Positions 51,216 through 61,807 of a stretch of DNA of 64,000 nt are shown here, one piece after another. Origin of the DNA: Bacteroidota bacterium. Its GTDB lineage: Bacteria > Bacteroidota > Bacteroidia > AKYH767-A > OLB10. A program made the position numbers and the translations under genes. The stretch covers positions 4,010 through 68,009 of the forward strand of contig JANXSD010000157.1 of assembly GCA_025352785.1 (NCBI GenBank). Reading direction: 5' to 3'. The notes under the pieces were generated by a model, which saw only the letters and a list, made by a program, of their open reading frames with translations, did no database searches and was not told where the DNA came from. How positions within the stretch are numbered: the stretch's first letter is position 1; the number at the start of each line of letters is the position of its first letter.

Positions 51216-54143
51216 ATGAAAAATACACTTTACACTAAAAAACACTTTCGTTATTTGATCATTGTATTGATGATTTTATTAAATGTATTTTCAAATCAAA
51301 GTAAAGCGCAATTGGTGTTGGTGCCAGATAGTAATTTTAGAAATGCTCTGATTGTACAAGGGTTTGGAAGTTGTTTTACTGGAAGCTATATTGATTCAAC
51401 TTGCGCATTAGTACAAAATTGCACCAAACTTGATCTAAGTAATAATACTATTGCAGATTTAATTGGGATTGAATCGTTTCATAACCTTGACACTTTAAAT
51501 GTTTCAGGCAATAACCTAACAATTATATTAAGCTTACCGGATTCTTTAAAACATTTAGATTGTACCTATAATTACATTACGACTTTACCTACATTACCAA
51601 TATCGTTAATTAGTTTAGGATGTTCCAATAATCAAATATCGAATTTACCTTCATTACCAGCATCTCTGACTTCGTTATTTTGCGAAGTAAACCAATTAAC
51701 AAATATTAGTTCATTACCAAATCTTACGCAATTATATTGCTCCTTTAATCAACTTACTTCACTCCCTACATTACCACATAACTTAGTTGATCTTGTTTGT
51801 TCTGATAATCAACTATCGCAATTACCTACTCTTCCTGATACTCTGTTTTATTTAAATTGCTCGAACAATGTAATTACAAGCCTTCCCAATTTGCCATTTG
51901 ATTTACAATTTATTACGTGCAACAATAACCAACTTATTAATTTACCACCGCTGCCACTTTTTTTACGAGATTTAAATTGTAGCCATAATAATTTAATTAG
52001 CCTTCAAGCTTTTCCAACATTCGGCACTTTTCAAAACTTAACTTGTAGCTATAATCAGTTAACCAATATACCTGCATTACCAAACTATTTTTCCGAATTA
52101 GACTGCTCTCATAACCAACTTCTTTCGATAAATAATTTACCGAACACGATGGATTTTATAAATTGCAGTTACAATCAATTAACTTCAATACCAGATTTAC
52201 CAGATTTACTAGGAACATTTGACTGTAGTAACAATCCAAATCTTGCTTGCCTTCCAAAATTAAAGACGATTAATACATTAAATTTCACAAGTACGAATGT
52301 AACTTGTTTATCAAATTATGGAACGGTACTAACAAGTAGCCCGGCTCTAAGTTCAATTTCTCTCTGCGACTTTTTCAACCCATATTCTTGCAATACAAAT
52401 TGGAATATTTCAGGTAAAACATATTTCGATGTTGATACAAATTGTGTATTTAACAATATTGACTTCAATGAAAAATATATAAAAATAAAATTATTCAGAA
52501 ATGGGACCTTAGTTCAACAAGCACTATCTGGTGGAGAAGGTTATTATTCACTTGACACAGATAGCCTTGGGATTTACCAAACAGAAATAGACACTTCTAA
52601 TTTTCCATTAAGTATAAGATGTCCAATTTCATACGTATTCTCCGATACATTAACTATAAGTGATTCTTTAAAATACAATAGAGATTTTTCATTGAATTGC
52701 AAAGATGGTTTTGATTTATCCGTGTGGGGTATGCATGCTATTGGTTTTATACCAGCAAGACAAGTAACAGTCAATGTAAATGCCGGAGATTATTCAAACA
52801 TGTTTGGAGCACATTGCGCGAATGGAATTTCAGGATTAATTACAATTGTTTTTAATGGTGCAGTGAGTTATGTTGGTCCAGCGATTGGTGCGTTAACGCC
52901 AACAAATATTAATGGAGATACGTTAACTTATGTTGTTGCTGATTTTGGAAGCATTAATTATGCTACTGATTTTAATTTTATTTTGGCTGTTGATACATTT
53001 GCAATCTTAGGTTCGCAAATTTGCATTTCTGCTGGGATTTCTCCAACACTTGATAATAATCCTTCAAATAATTTTATATCTCAATGCTTTCCAGTTCGTG
53101 TTAGTTGTGATCCAAATGAAAAAACTGCAAATCCGCAAAATACATTTGATATCAATGGAGACAGATGGTTAACGTACACAATCGATTTTCAAAATACAGG
53201 AACTGCTCCTGCAGAATATATTTACATCACCGATACATTGGATGCTAATTTAGATTGGTCTACTATTCAATTATTAACATATAGTCATCAGCCTTATGTG
53301 CAAATATTAAATGGCGGAATTGCCAAATTTAGTTTTCCAAATATTAATTTATCTGATTCAGTTTCTAACGAACCGCAAAGTCATGGTTATATTCAGTATA
53401 AAATAAAAGCAAAAGACAGTTTAGCTGCAGGAATACAAATTTCAAATACTGCAAATATTTATTTTGATTACAATGCTCCAGTAATTACGAATACTGTTAC
53501 TAATTCAGCTATTAATTGCGGGCAAAATATCCAAAGCAGTTCAGCTACAATTTGTGATGGTGAAACGTATAATTTCAATGGTTTAATTTTAGCAGCAACT
53601 GGAAATTATTTGCAAAAATTTATTTCGAATACAGGATGTGATTCGATAGTAATTCTAACGCTTCATGTTGATCAAATTAATGCAACTGTAGCGCAATTAC
53701 AAGACACCTTATTAGCATCCACAAGTAATGCGACTTATCAATGGATTAATTGTACAACAGGAAATATTATTGCTGGTGCAACTTCACAAAATTTTACACC
53801 CATAATATCTGGCAACTATGCTGTAATTATTTCCTCAGGCAATTGCACGGATACTTCATCTTGTCATTATTTAAGTTTAACTGGTATTAATGAAAATTAT
53901 GCAAGTGAAATTTTAATTTCTCCAAATCCATCCAATAACGAATTTATAGTTTATTGTCCGCAGCAATTAATTGGCAAACAAGTAAGCGTAAATATTTATG
54001 ATGCTTATGGTAAGTTAGTTGATGAAAGAAAATTGAATTCTAAAAACACTATTCTTAAAGCTAGTAGCTGGGCGAAGGGAATTTATTTTATGCAGTTGAA
54101 AAATGAAGGAAGCATTATTGTAAGAAAGTTGGTAAAGAATTAA
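51216..54143 (+). CDS. Leucine-rich-repeat T9SS cargo protein (LRR + Ig-like/DUF7619-like + CTD)
   Basis: Signal peptide; PDSNF cap; about a dozen LPxLPxxLxxLxCSxNxL repeats; SCDPNEK...YTIDFQNTGTAPA...ANIYFDYNAPVITN; CTD ISPNP...KGIY...KLVK. Confidence 0.88.
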   Translation: MKNTLYTKKHFRYLIIVLMILLNVFSNQSKAQLVLVPDSNFRNALIVQGFGSCFTGSYIDSTCALVQNCTKLDLSNNTIADLIGIESFHNLDTLNVSGNNLTIILSLPDSLKHLDCTYNYITTLPTLPISLISLGCSNNQISNLPSLPASLTSLFCEVNQLTNISSLPNLTQLYCSFNQLTSLPTLPHNLVDLVCSDNQLSQLPTLPDTLFYLNCSNNVITSLPNLPFDLQFITCNNNQLINLPPLPLFLRDLNCSHNNLISLQAFPTFGTFQNLTCSYNQLTNIPALPNYFSELDCSHNQLLSINNLPNTMDFINCSYNQLTSIPDLPDLLGTFDCSNNPNLACLPKLKTINTLNFTSTNVTCLSNYGTVLTSSPALSSISLCDFFNPYSCNTNWNISGKTYFDVDTNCVFNNIDFNEKYIKIKLFRNGTLVQQALSGGEGYYSLDTDSLGIYQTEIDTSNFPLSIRCPISYVFSDTLTISDSLKYNRDFSLNCKDGFDLSVWGMHAIGFIPARQVTVNVNAGDYSNMFGAHCANGISGLITIVFNGAVSYVGPAIGALTPTNINGDTLTYVVADFGSINYATDFNFILAVDTFAILGSQICISAGISPTLDNNPSNNFISQCFPVRVSCDPNEKTANPQNTFDINGDRWLTYTIDFQNTGTAPAEYIYITDTLDANLDWSTIQLLTYSHQPYVQILNGGIAKFSFPNINLSDSVSNEPQSHGYIQYKIKAKDSLAAGIQISNTANIYFDYNAPVITNTVTNSAINCGQNIQSSSATICDGETYNFNGLILAATGNYLQKFISNTGCDSIVILTLHVDQINATVAQLQDTLLASTSNATYQWINCTTGNIIAGATSQNFTPIISGNYAVIISSGNCTDTSSCHYLSLTGINENYASEILISPNPSNNEFIVYCPQQLIGKQVSVNIYDAYGKLVDERKLNSKNTILKASSWAKGIYFMQLKNEGSIIVRKLVKN

Positions 54144-54148
54144 AAATC

Positions 54149-54192
54149 AAAAAAAAATCCGATCCGGAACAAATCCGAATCGGATTTTTTTT
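54149..54192. terminator. Bidirectional terminator
   Basis: A-run-TCCGATCCGGA...TCCGAATCGGA-T-run between convergent genes. Confidence 0.8.
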
Positions 54193-54206
54193 CTAGTCTA
54201 AAGAAA

Positions 54207-55061
54207 TTATTTTACTCCACCAGGCTTAGCATCTTCAAAATTTTTCTTGATAAATACCAATGCTTTCGCATGTGCATCCTCGGCCGAAACTTTATCGTAT
54301 TTTGGATTACTTGGATTCGCAAATGCATGATCAGCTTCGTACTTATAAACTGTTAACGACTTATTCAATTCTTTCATCTGCTTATCGAATTTAGCAACAA
54401 CTTCTTTATTGATCCATTGATCTTTATTCGCAAATATTCCTAAAACGGGAGCTTGCAATTTAGAGAGTTTGTCTTTATCAGTTTCGGGCATACCATAATA
54501 CATCACACATCCCACACACTGCGGACCAGCCATCAATGCTGCTTGCATACTCCAGCCACCACCAAAACACCATCCAAGAGTTTGCAACTTACCGAACTTC
54601 CCCGAATAATCAATAGCCGCACTTATGATTGCACGTGCGCGATCTTCCTTCATTTCTTTCATGAATTTCGCCGCATCTTCTGGTGTTGTAGCAACGTTTC
54701 CATCGTATAAATCCAATGCTATTACAGTGAATCCTGTCTCAGAATGTACCCTTTCTGCTTCACGTTTTATATAATCATTCAATCCCCACCATTCGTGAAA
54801 CATTAAAATCACTTTGCCCAAACTGTTACCAGATTTAACCTCGAAAACCTTCGCTTCCTTTCCATCTGGACATTTTATATTCACCATTTTACCAATGGTG
54901 GGTACATAATCCAAAGGCGCTGGAGCTAAATGCGAAGCCACAAAACTCGGGTCGTTACTCAAGTTTGCGAATGTGGACGATGATGATTTAGAACAACACG
55001 AATGTTGAGCGTAAGCTTGAACGCTTAAAAAGAAACTTAAGAACAGGATAATTTTTTTCAT
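54207..55061 (-). CDS. Dienelactone hydrolase family protein (exported)
   Basis: HEWWGLN, nucleophile motif GWCFGG, HAFANP; signal peptide. Confidence 0.9.
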   Translation of the reverse strand: MKKIILFLSFFLSVQAYAQHSCCSKSSSSTFANLSNDPSFVASHLAPAPLDYVPTIGKMVNIKCPDGKEAKVFEVKSGNSLGKVILMFHEWWGLNDYIKREAERVHSETGFTVIALDLYDGNVATTPEDAAKFMKEMKEDRARAIISAAIDYSGKFGKLQTLGWCFGGGWSMQAALMAGPQCVGCVMYYGMPETDKDKLSKLQAPVLGIFANKDQWINKEVVAKFDKQMKELNKSLTVYKYEADHAFANPSNPKYDKVSAEDAHAKALVFIKKNFEDAKPGGVK

Positions 55062-55306
55062 GATGGGTTATTTTTTCAAATGTATTTGGTTTTTTCGTTG
55101 TAATTGCACCTCATTAACAGAATACCGAAAAAAAAGTTTAACACTAAATATTTGTTTCGTCAATTGTTAGAGTTAGAACAAGATTTTAAGAGGAGAATTC
55201 TATAAAACAGTCAATTTTATGTAATTTTTGAAACAATACTAATTTGGAGTAATTTTTTAACAATTTTTTCCTAATTTCGGCTACCTTTTATACACAAAAC
55301 AAAATT

Positions 55307-55720
55307 ATGAATTACTGGCTTATTAAGTCAGAGCCTTTCAAATATTCTTGGGATCAATTTGAAATGGATGGCGTTGCGCACTGGGATGGTGTTCGCAATT
55401 ACGCTGCTCGAAATAATCTGCGCTCGATGAAAAAAGGCGATTTAGTATTATTTTATCATAGCAACGAAGGTCTTGAAATAGTTGGCATTGCCAAAGTTAT
55501 TAAAGAGCATTATCAAGATCCAACAACTGATAATGTCAATTGGCTTGCCGTAGATTTTAAGCCCTACAAAAAGTTAAAATATCCTGTCACATTACGTGAG
55601 GTGAAAGCTGATAAACAACTTTCCGAAATTCAACTAGTGAAATTAAGTCGACTATCAGTAGCAGTAATAAAACCTGAAGAGTTTGATAGAGTACTCGAAC
55701 TAAGTACTAAAAAACATTAA
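55307..55720 (+). CDS. EVE domain protein
   Basis: YWLIKSEP, WDGVRNYAARN, GDLVLFYHS, RLSV. Confidence 0.93.
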   Translation: MNYWLIKSEPFKYSWDQFEMDGVAHWDGVRNYAARNNLRSMKKGDLVLFYHSNEGLEIVGIAKVIKEHYQDPTTDNVNWLAVDFKPYKKLKYPVTLREVKADKQLSEIQLVKLSRLSVAVIKPEEFDRVLELSTKKH

Positions 55721-55761
55721 TTACATTTTATTTATCTTCAATAAATTTGACGAATTCATTT

Positions 55762-58074
55762 ATGCAGAAACATTTACGACTAATTATTATTTTTTTTTAT
55801 GTTTCGTTTTCGCTTCATGCACAGACACCTCTTACAACAGGAAGTGTTCATGGATTTGTTTATGAAAAAGAATCAGGAGAACCAGCAGTATTTACAACCA
55901 TTTATTTGAAAGGAACAAAGTTCGGAACATCGTCGGATGTAAATGGCTTTTACACCATCTCAAGAATTCCTCCTGGAACTTATTTGTTAAGTGTGACAAC
56001 TGTTGGGTATGATACGTTACAATCAGAAATTACAATAAAAGCAGATCAAGTTATAAGCAAACAACTTTATCTTAATAAGTCAATTATTAATTTAAAGACA
56101 ATTGAAATTTCTGCAGAGAAAGATGCTCAAAGAAGTGAAGTGAGAACTTCTGTTACGAAAATTACACCTAAGGATATTAAATCAGTGCCTTCCATTGGTG
56201 GCGAACCAGATCTTGCACAATATTTACAAGTTTTACCTGGAGTAGTTTTCAGTGGAGATCAAGGAGGGCAACTTTATATTAGAGGAGGAACACCTGTAAT
56301 GAATAAAGTTTTATTGGACGGAATGATCATTTATAATCCCTTTCATTCCATCGGATTATTTTCTGTTTTTGATACGGATGTTATTCGCAATGCCGATGTT
56401 TATACTGGAGGATTTAGTGCAAAATATGGAGATCGGATTGGATCGGTAATGGATATTACAACGCGTGATGGAAACAAAAAACGCTATTCAGGAAAAATTT
56501 CAGCAAGTACTTTTGATGCAAAAGTTTTGTTGGAAGGTCCAATTATCAAACAAAAATCTGAAGGTAAAGGAAGCGCATCTTTTGTGGTATCTTATAAAAA
56601 TTCTTATCTAGATCAGTCATCAAAAACGTTGTATAAAAATGCAAGTCAAGATGGATTGCCGTATAGTTTTAAAGATCTCTATGGAAAAATTTCCTTCAAC
56701 GGACAGAATGGTAGCAAGTTAAATTTATTTGGCTTTAACTTTAAAGATAATGCAAATTATCGCAACATTGCAAAGATAGATTGGTTATCAAAAGGCTTTG
56801 GTGCAAACTTTATTCTAGTTCCAGGTGGATCATCAACATTGATTGATGGTGTATTTGCTTTTTCACAATATTCGATCGAACAGAAGGAAGCAAATGATGC
56901 ACCTCGCACAAGTGATGTGAATGGATTTAACATGGATATGAATTTTACGAATTTTATTAACCGTGATGAATTCAAATATGGATTTGAAGTAGAAGGATTT
57001 CGAACAGCTTATGCTGCTTCAACTATTACTGGTTTGAAAAATGAACAAATTGAAAACACCACGGAGTTTGGTGCATTTTTCAAGTATAGAATCACTAGAG
57101 ATAAAATTGTTATTGACCCCAGTTTGCGTTTACAATATTATGCTTCACTCGCTGAATTTTCTCCCGAACCTCGTTTAGGAATTAAGTGGAATGTGAATGA
57201 TAAATTAAGATTCAAATTTGGTGCTGGATTGTATTCGCAAAATCTAATTGCAACGAGTTCTGATCGCGATGTTGTAAATTTATTTTATGGATTTATTTCT
57301 GGCCCTGATGATTTACCTAAAGAGTTTAATGGTAAATCCGTTACCTCGAAACTTCAAAAAGCTAGAGATATTGTTATCGGTACAGAAATAGATTTACTAC
57401 CACACCTCGACCTAAATGTTGAAGCTTATTATAAAAAATTTACCCAACTAACGAATATAAATCGAGATAAAATTTATCCTGATAATGGAGAATACGATAA
57501 TCAACCTGACTATCTTGTTAAATCTTATATTGTGGAAACGGGTGATGCAAAAGGTGCTGATTTTGTTTTGAAGTATGAATTAAAAAGAATTTATTTCTGG
57601 GCAGTATATTCACTTGGATATGTGAATCGTTATGATGGAATCAGAACGTATACTCCACATTTCGACAGGCGACATAATATAAATTTAGTAGGTTCCTATA
57701 CATTAGGGAAAAAATTGGATTGGGTTATAAATGCTCGATGGAATTATGGTTCTGGATTTCCATTTACAAAAACAGCAGGTTTTTACGAATACCTTAATTT
57801 CGCCAATGGATTGTACACTAATGTTACGCAAGATAATGGGTATTTAGGAATTGCGTATGGTGATTTGAATCAAGGACGATTACCAGATTACCACCGATTA
57901 GATATCAGTTTGAAGAAGACATTCGCCATTGGCAAGAATTCGAATTTTGAAATAAATGGCAGTATCATCAACGTTTATAATCGAAAAAATATTTTCTACT
58001 TTGACAGAGTACGCTTTAAACGAATAAACCAATTACCAACGATTTATTCGATAGGCGTAAATTTAACTTTCTAA
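55762..58074 (+). CDS. TonB-dependent receptor (CarboxypepD_reg-like + plug + barrel)
   Basis: GFVYEKESGEP, LQVLPGV...YIRGG...LLDG, GGFSAKYG, RLPDYHRLD, C-terminal Phe. Confidence 0.9.
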   Translation: MQKHLRLIIIFFYVSFSLHAQTPLTTGSVHGFVYEKESGEPAVFTTIYLKGTKFGTSSDVNGFYTISRIPPGTYLLSVTTVGYDTLQSEITIKADQVISKQLYLNKSIINLKTIEISAEKDAQRSEVRTSVTKITPKDIKSVPSIGGEPDLAQYLQVLPGVVFSGDQGGQLYIRGGTPVMNKVLLDGMIIYNPFHSIGLFSVFDTDVIRNADVYTGGFSAKYGDRIGSVMDITTRDGNKKRYSGKISASTFDAKVLLEGPIIKQKSEGKGSASFVVSYKNSYLDQSSKTLYKNASQDGLPYSFKDLYGKISFNGQNGSKLNLFGFNFKDNANYRNIAKIDWLSKGFGANFILVPGGSSTLIDGVFAFSQYSIEQKEANDAPRTSDVNGFNMDMNFTNFINRDEFKYGFEVEGFRTAYAASTITGLKNEQIENTTEFGAFFKYRITRDKIVIDPSLRLQYYASLAEFSPEPRLGIKWNVNDKLRFKFGAGLYSQNLIATSSDRDVVNLFYGFISGPDDLPKEFNGKSVTSKLQKARDIVIGTEIDLLPHLDLNVEAYYKKFTQLTNINRDKIYPDNGEYDNQPDYLVKSYIVETGDAKGADFVLKYELKRIYFWAVYSLGYVNRYDGIRTYTPHFDRRHNINLVGSYTLGKKLDWVINARWNYGSGFPFTKTAGFYEYLNFANGLYTNVTQDNGYLGIAYGDLNQGRLPDYHRLDISLKKTFAIGKNSNFEINGSIINVYNRKNIFYFDRVRFKRINQLPTIYSIGVNLTF

Positions 58075-58123
58075 TAGCACCTAATCTTGGAGTACCTTAT
58101 GTATTTTTACCTCCTTCAATAAA

Positions 58124-59545
58124 ATGATCGATACAAATACGGTTGCTCGCCCTACGCTTCAATTTTATTGGCTAAGTGTATTGCTTTTTCTTTGCATTGC
58201 TCTTTTAACATGTAGGTTGTTTGGCTTTAATGGACTTTATGGTCAGGATAGTCATGAATACTTACGGTATGCGATGGCAATAAAACTTTATCTTAATGGT
58301 GGTCCAGATGCTGGTAATTTTTTATGGCCTGTTGTTTATCCATTAGTTGTTGCATTGCTATCGTTTTTAGCTCCAATAAAAATATGCTTGCAAGTAGTCA
58401 GTATTTTTTCCGTTGCTGTATGCTATTTATATTTCGGTAAATCACTAAATCTATTGTATCCTAAAGGTACGCAACGACAACGACTTGCATTTGTATGTTT
58501 GTTATGCTCACCATTTTTTTTACGTACGTCTGTACTTGCAATGTCAGACATGCTATGTTGCGCTTTACTTTCCGCTTTTTATTTTCACCTTATAAAAGTG
58601 GAGAAATATCATAACAAAAAATCACTAATCATTGCTGTAGCACTTGCAATTGTTGTTGTTCAAGTAAGATATGCTGCAATTATTTTATTACTTCCGATCA
58701 TTCCAATAATAATAAAAAATATACGTCAACATCATACAATCATCTTAGCAATTTTTGCTGCTTTTATAATTTCATTGTCTCCATCCTTTTTTCTGCGACC
58801 AGAACTTAATACGGGATTCATACATCACCCTTGGCTGATAAACTGGTCGCCAATGAATTTATTGAAACAAGATTTCAATAAATTAGATGGAACATTACAT
58901 TATACTTTCCCGAATATTATATATGTTTTTGCACTCTTTGTACATCCAGGGTTTTGTTTCTTTCTACCTATTATGTGCTACTTTATGTGGAAAATTATTC
59001 CCAACATCTCACCTTGGTGGAACGCAAGTATACTTATATATTTATTTTTTCTAGGAGGAATTCCATTTCAAAATTTACGTTTTTTATTACTCGTATTTCC
59101 ATTAATTCTCCTAGTAATTTATTCCAGATTTGAAGTTGCATTTAACCATTTAAAAAATAGGACGGCACGGTTGTTTCTTCGGTTAGGAGTCTTCCTCTTA
59201 CAAGCAGGCTGTGCATATCGTGCAATAAGGTCATTCTATAGCTTCCAACAAGAAGAATTGATGATTTCGAAAGCGCTTAACGAAATGCCAACTTCAACAG
59301 CATATACGTTTGCTTTAGATGGTGCTCTGCGAACGTATGAAATAAAACATAAAATAATTAATATAGGGTCGCTGAAAGATGCAATCTTAATAAGTGGAAG
59401 TTTGTTCTTATATAACCCAACAAGGTTTAAGGATCAATTCAGCAACAAACCTCCGGGAATAATTTATACAAACTTAATTCAACAGAACAAGTTGGAATAT
59501 TTAAAACCATTACAAAATGGATGGGAACTATACGAAATCAAATAA
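58124..59545 (+). CDS. Multi-TM protein, probable GT-C fold glycosyltransferase
   Basis: GQDSHEY acidic motif after TM1, WPVVYP, MSD, QVRY, N.RF; about 11 TM helices plus a soluble C-terminus. Confidence 0.6.
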   Translation: MIDTNTVARPTLQFYWLSVLLFLCIALLTCRLFGFNGLYGQDSHEYLRYAMAIKLYLNGGPDAGNFLWPVVYPLVVALLSFLAPIKICLQVVSIFSVAVCYLYFGKSLNLLYPKGTQRQRLAFVCLLCSPFFLRTSVLAMSDMLCCALLSAFYFHLIKVEKYHNKKSLIIAVALAIVVVQVRYAAIILLLPIIPIIIKNIRQHHTIILAIFAAFIISLSPSFFLRPELNTGFIHHPWLINWSPMNLLKQDFNKLDGTLHYTFPNIIYVFALFVHPGFCFFLPIMCYFMWKIIPNISPWWNASILIYLFFLGGIPFQNLRFLLLVFPLILLVIYSRFEVAFNHLKNRTARLFLRLGVFLLQAGCAYRAIRSFYSFQQEELMISKALNEMPTSTAYTFALDGALRTYEIKHKIINIGSLKDAILISGSLFLYNPTRFKDQFSNKPPGIIYTNLIQQNKLEYLKPLQNGWELYEIK

Positions 59546-60587
59546 ACATTTAGTACTAATTACGCCAGGTTTTCCAGGTAACGAAGCTGATGCAAACTGT
59601 CTACCTTGGCTTACAGGTTTTATCTTAGCACTCGCTAACGATATTGGCAAGGAAAATATTACTGTCTTATCATTGCAACATCCATTTCAAGAAGGTTGGT
59701 ATACATGGAATAAAATTAAGGTGTATAGTGCTGGTGGTAAAAATAAAAAAGGAATTTACAGATTTTTTACATTCAGAAAAATAAAAAATGCGTTTCAAAA
59801 AATTCGCAAACAACATCCAGAAATTATAATACATAGTTGTTGGTTAACTGCTACTGCATGGATTGGAAATCAATTTTCAAGTAAGTATGGTTATCCACAT
59901 ATTGCAAGCATTTTCGGACAAGACGCATTACCAAGTAATAGTTATTTATCATTACTAAATAATACATCAACAAAAATAATTGCTAACTCCGCTTTCTCTG
60001 CGAATATATATACCTCTAGTACAGGAAAAAAAGCAGATGCTGCTATTACTATTGGAATAAATCCGAATGTGTATAAGCCTTCTGCACCAACAGAAACACA
60101 ATACGATTTAGTTAGTGTAGGGAATTTATACGAGTTAAAACAATATCATCTAATTGTACGTCTTGTAGAACAATTAAAAATTAAATTCCCTAAACTAAAT
60201 GCGGCGATAGCTGGAGATGGTCCTGACAGAGATGCGCTACAATTAATGATCGATGAAAAAGGTTTGAATTCAAGTATACATTTAGTTGGAGCTATTCCCA
60301 ATCCGGAAATTTTAAACTTCATTCGTAAAGGAAAAGTTTTCGTACATCCTAGTCGTTATGAGGCTTCATCACATGCAATGCTAGAAGCAAATTATGCTGG
60401 TTTACCTGTAGTTTGTTCAAAGGTTGGCTACTATCCCACTTCTGGTTATGTTTTTCAGTGCGATGGGTATTCTGCGATGCATGATAAAATTGTAACTTTG
60501 TTGAGTACAACACTTCGCCTCCCTCCTGCCGAGGTTCCAATGATTGATGAGACTATTCGCCGTTACAGAGAACTTTACCAATTTTAA
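59517..60587 (+). CDS. Glycosyltransferase family 4
   Basis: VGNLYELK, AGDGP, PSRYEASSHAMLEA (E-x7-E), GLPVV. Confidence 0.88.
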   Translation: MDGNYTKSNKHLVLITPGFPGNEADANCLPWLTGFILALANDIGKENITVLSLQHPFQEGWYTWNKIKVYSAGGKNKKGIYRFFTFRKIKNAFQKIRKQHPEIIIHSCWLTATAWIGNQFSSKYGYPHIASIFGQDALPSNSYLSLLNNTSTKIIANSAFSANIYTSSTGKKADAAITIGINPNVYKPSAPTETQYDLVSVGNLYELKQYHLIVRLVEQLKIKFPKLNAAIAGDGPDRDALQLMIDEKGLNSSIHLVGAIPNPEILNFIRKGKVFVHPSRYEASSHAMLEANYAGLPVVCSKVGYYPTSGYVFQCDGYSAMHDKIVTLLSTTLRLPPAEVPMIDETIRRYRELYQF

Positions 60588-61749
60588 ATATAAAGAACGA
60601 CTAAAAAATATTCTACTCAATGGAATTAATGCTGGGATTACACCCATTTTTAGTTTATTAATTTCATTATTAATTGTACGAACTTATGGACCATTATTGT
60701 GGGGCGATTTTGTGCAAATACTTTTGTGGTTAAATATTGGAGCTCATTTTGCCGCATTTGGCTCCAAAGAATTTTTATTACGGAAATTCAGTAACGACCC
60801 TTCGGAGACTTCAACACTTTTTAAATCATCTATAGAAGCGCGATTTCCGATCGTCATTGCGATTTCATTCGGATTTATTGCACTCCCCTATTTTGGATTG
60901 ATTCGTGCATCCTGGCTGTTCTTATGGCTTTTTTTTAGATTTATTTATCAATCCTACGACGTAATAATTATTTGGAGAAAAAAATTTGAATTAAGTATCC
61001 TTGTTGAAGCCAGTATTGGTTTAGTATTATTATTCGCACTAAAGTTTTGGCAAGGAAATATTTCTTCCTTAAATTTGATTCAGTGTTTTGCTCTTGCAGA
61101 AATAGCAAAAGCATTATTCATGATTGCATTAAATTATCAAGAATATTTTCCATCATTTAAAATAATTTTCGACTTTACACAATTAAAAGAGTCGTCCTTA
61201 TTTTTCTTAATAGGCTTTGCAGGATTGTTACATTCAAGAGTTGATCAATTATTAGCAACGCATTATTTGTCATCAACAAGTCTGGCTTTTTATCAAATTT
61301 TAATGAGTATGTTATTGTTATGCCAATCGATTGCCCATTTTATTCTACGGCCATTTGTAAAAAATCAATATCGTTTAAGCGAAGAAAGTATCAATAAAAT
61401 TGCTTTACAATTATTATTGATTGGAGGATTATTATCTCCAATTTTAGTTTTAACAACAGGATTTATTCTTAATTATTTTTATCATTTTGAAATTACTGGA
61501 GAAATCATCATTTCAGGATTTATTTTCATTGTGCCATTTTTTTATAGCTTGGCATATATCTATAGTTTATACAAAATGAAAGTAGAAAAACAAGTTTTAT
61601 GGGTGAATTTTGCAGTGATATTTCTAAATATCCTTGTACTTCCATTTGTATTTCCACTCTATGGGATTAATGGAGCAATTATTTTTGCAGCTTCACTTCA
61701 AGTGATTCAAGCAATTGTATTTCGAGTGTTAGCAAAACGCGCCTTTTAA
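60547..61749 (+). CDS. Polysaccharide flippase-like (Wzx/MOP) membrane protein
   Basis: About 12 TM helices; R.YG...WG.F, RVDQ...L.FY, YGINGA. Confidence 0.72.
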   Translation: MRLFAVTENFTNFKYKERLKNILLNGINAGITPIFSLLISLLIVRTYGPLLWGDFVQILLWLNIGAHFAAFGSKEFLLRKFSNDPSETSTLFKSSIEARFPIVIAISFGFIALPYFGLIRASWLFLWLFFRFIYQSYDVIIIWRKKFELSILVEASIGLVLLFALKFWQGNISSLNLIQCFALAEIAKALFMIALNYQEYFPSFKIIFDFTQLKESSLFFLIGFAGLLHSRVDQLLATHYLSSTSLAFYQILMSMLLLCQSIAHFILRPFVKNQYRLSEESINKIALQLLLIGGLLSPILVLTTGFILNYFYHFEITGEIIISGFIFIVPFFYSLAYIYSLYKMKVEKQVLWVNFAVIFLNILVLPFVFPLYGINGAIIFAASLQVIQAIVFRVLAKRAF

Positions 61750-61751
61750 TC

Positions 61752-61788
61752 AAAAAAAATCCATGTAAGAAAATTCTTACATGGATTT
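61752..61788. terminator. Bidirectional terminator
   Basis: AAATCCATGTAAGAA/TTCTTACATGGATTT between convergent genes. Confidence 0.8.
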
Positions 61789-61807
61789 ATGTTTAGTTTA
61801 CTTTTGA

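Noticed and set aside
51480-52260. DNA-level tandem repeat or DGR-like variable region in the LRR gene
   Set aside because: The repeats are divergent at the nucleotide level. No template/variable repeat pair or reverse transcriptase was seen.
55307-55720. EVE as part of a modification-dependent restriction system
   Set aside because: A stand-alone 137-aa domain with no nuclease, ATPase or methylase nearby.
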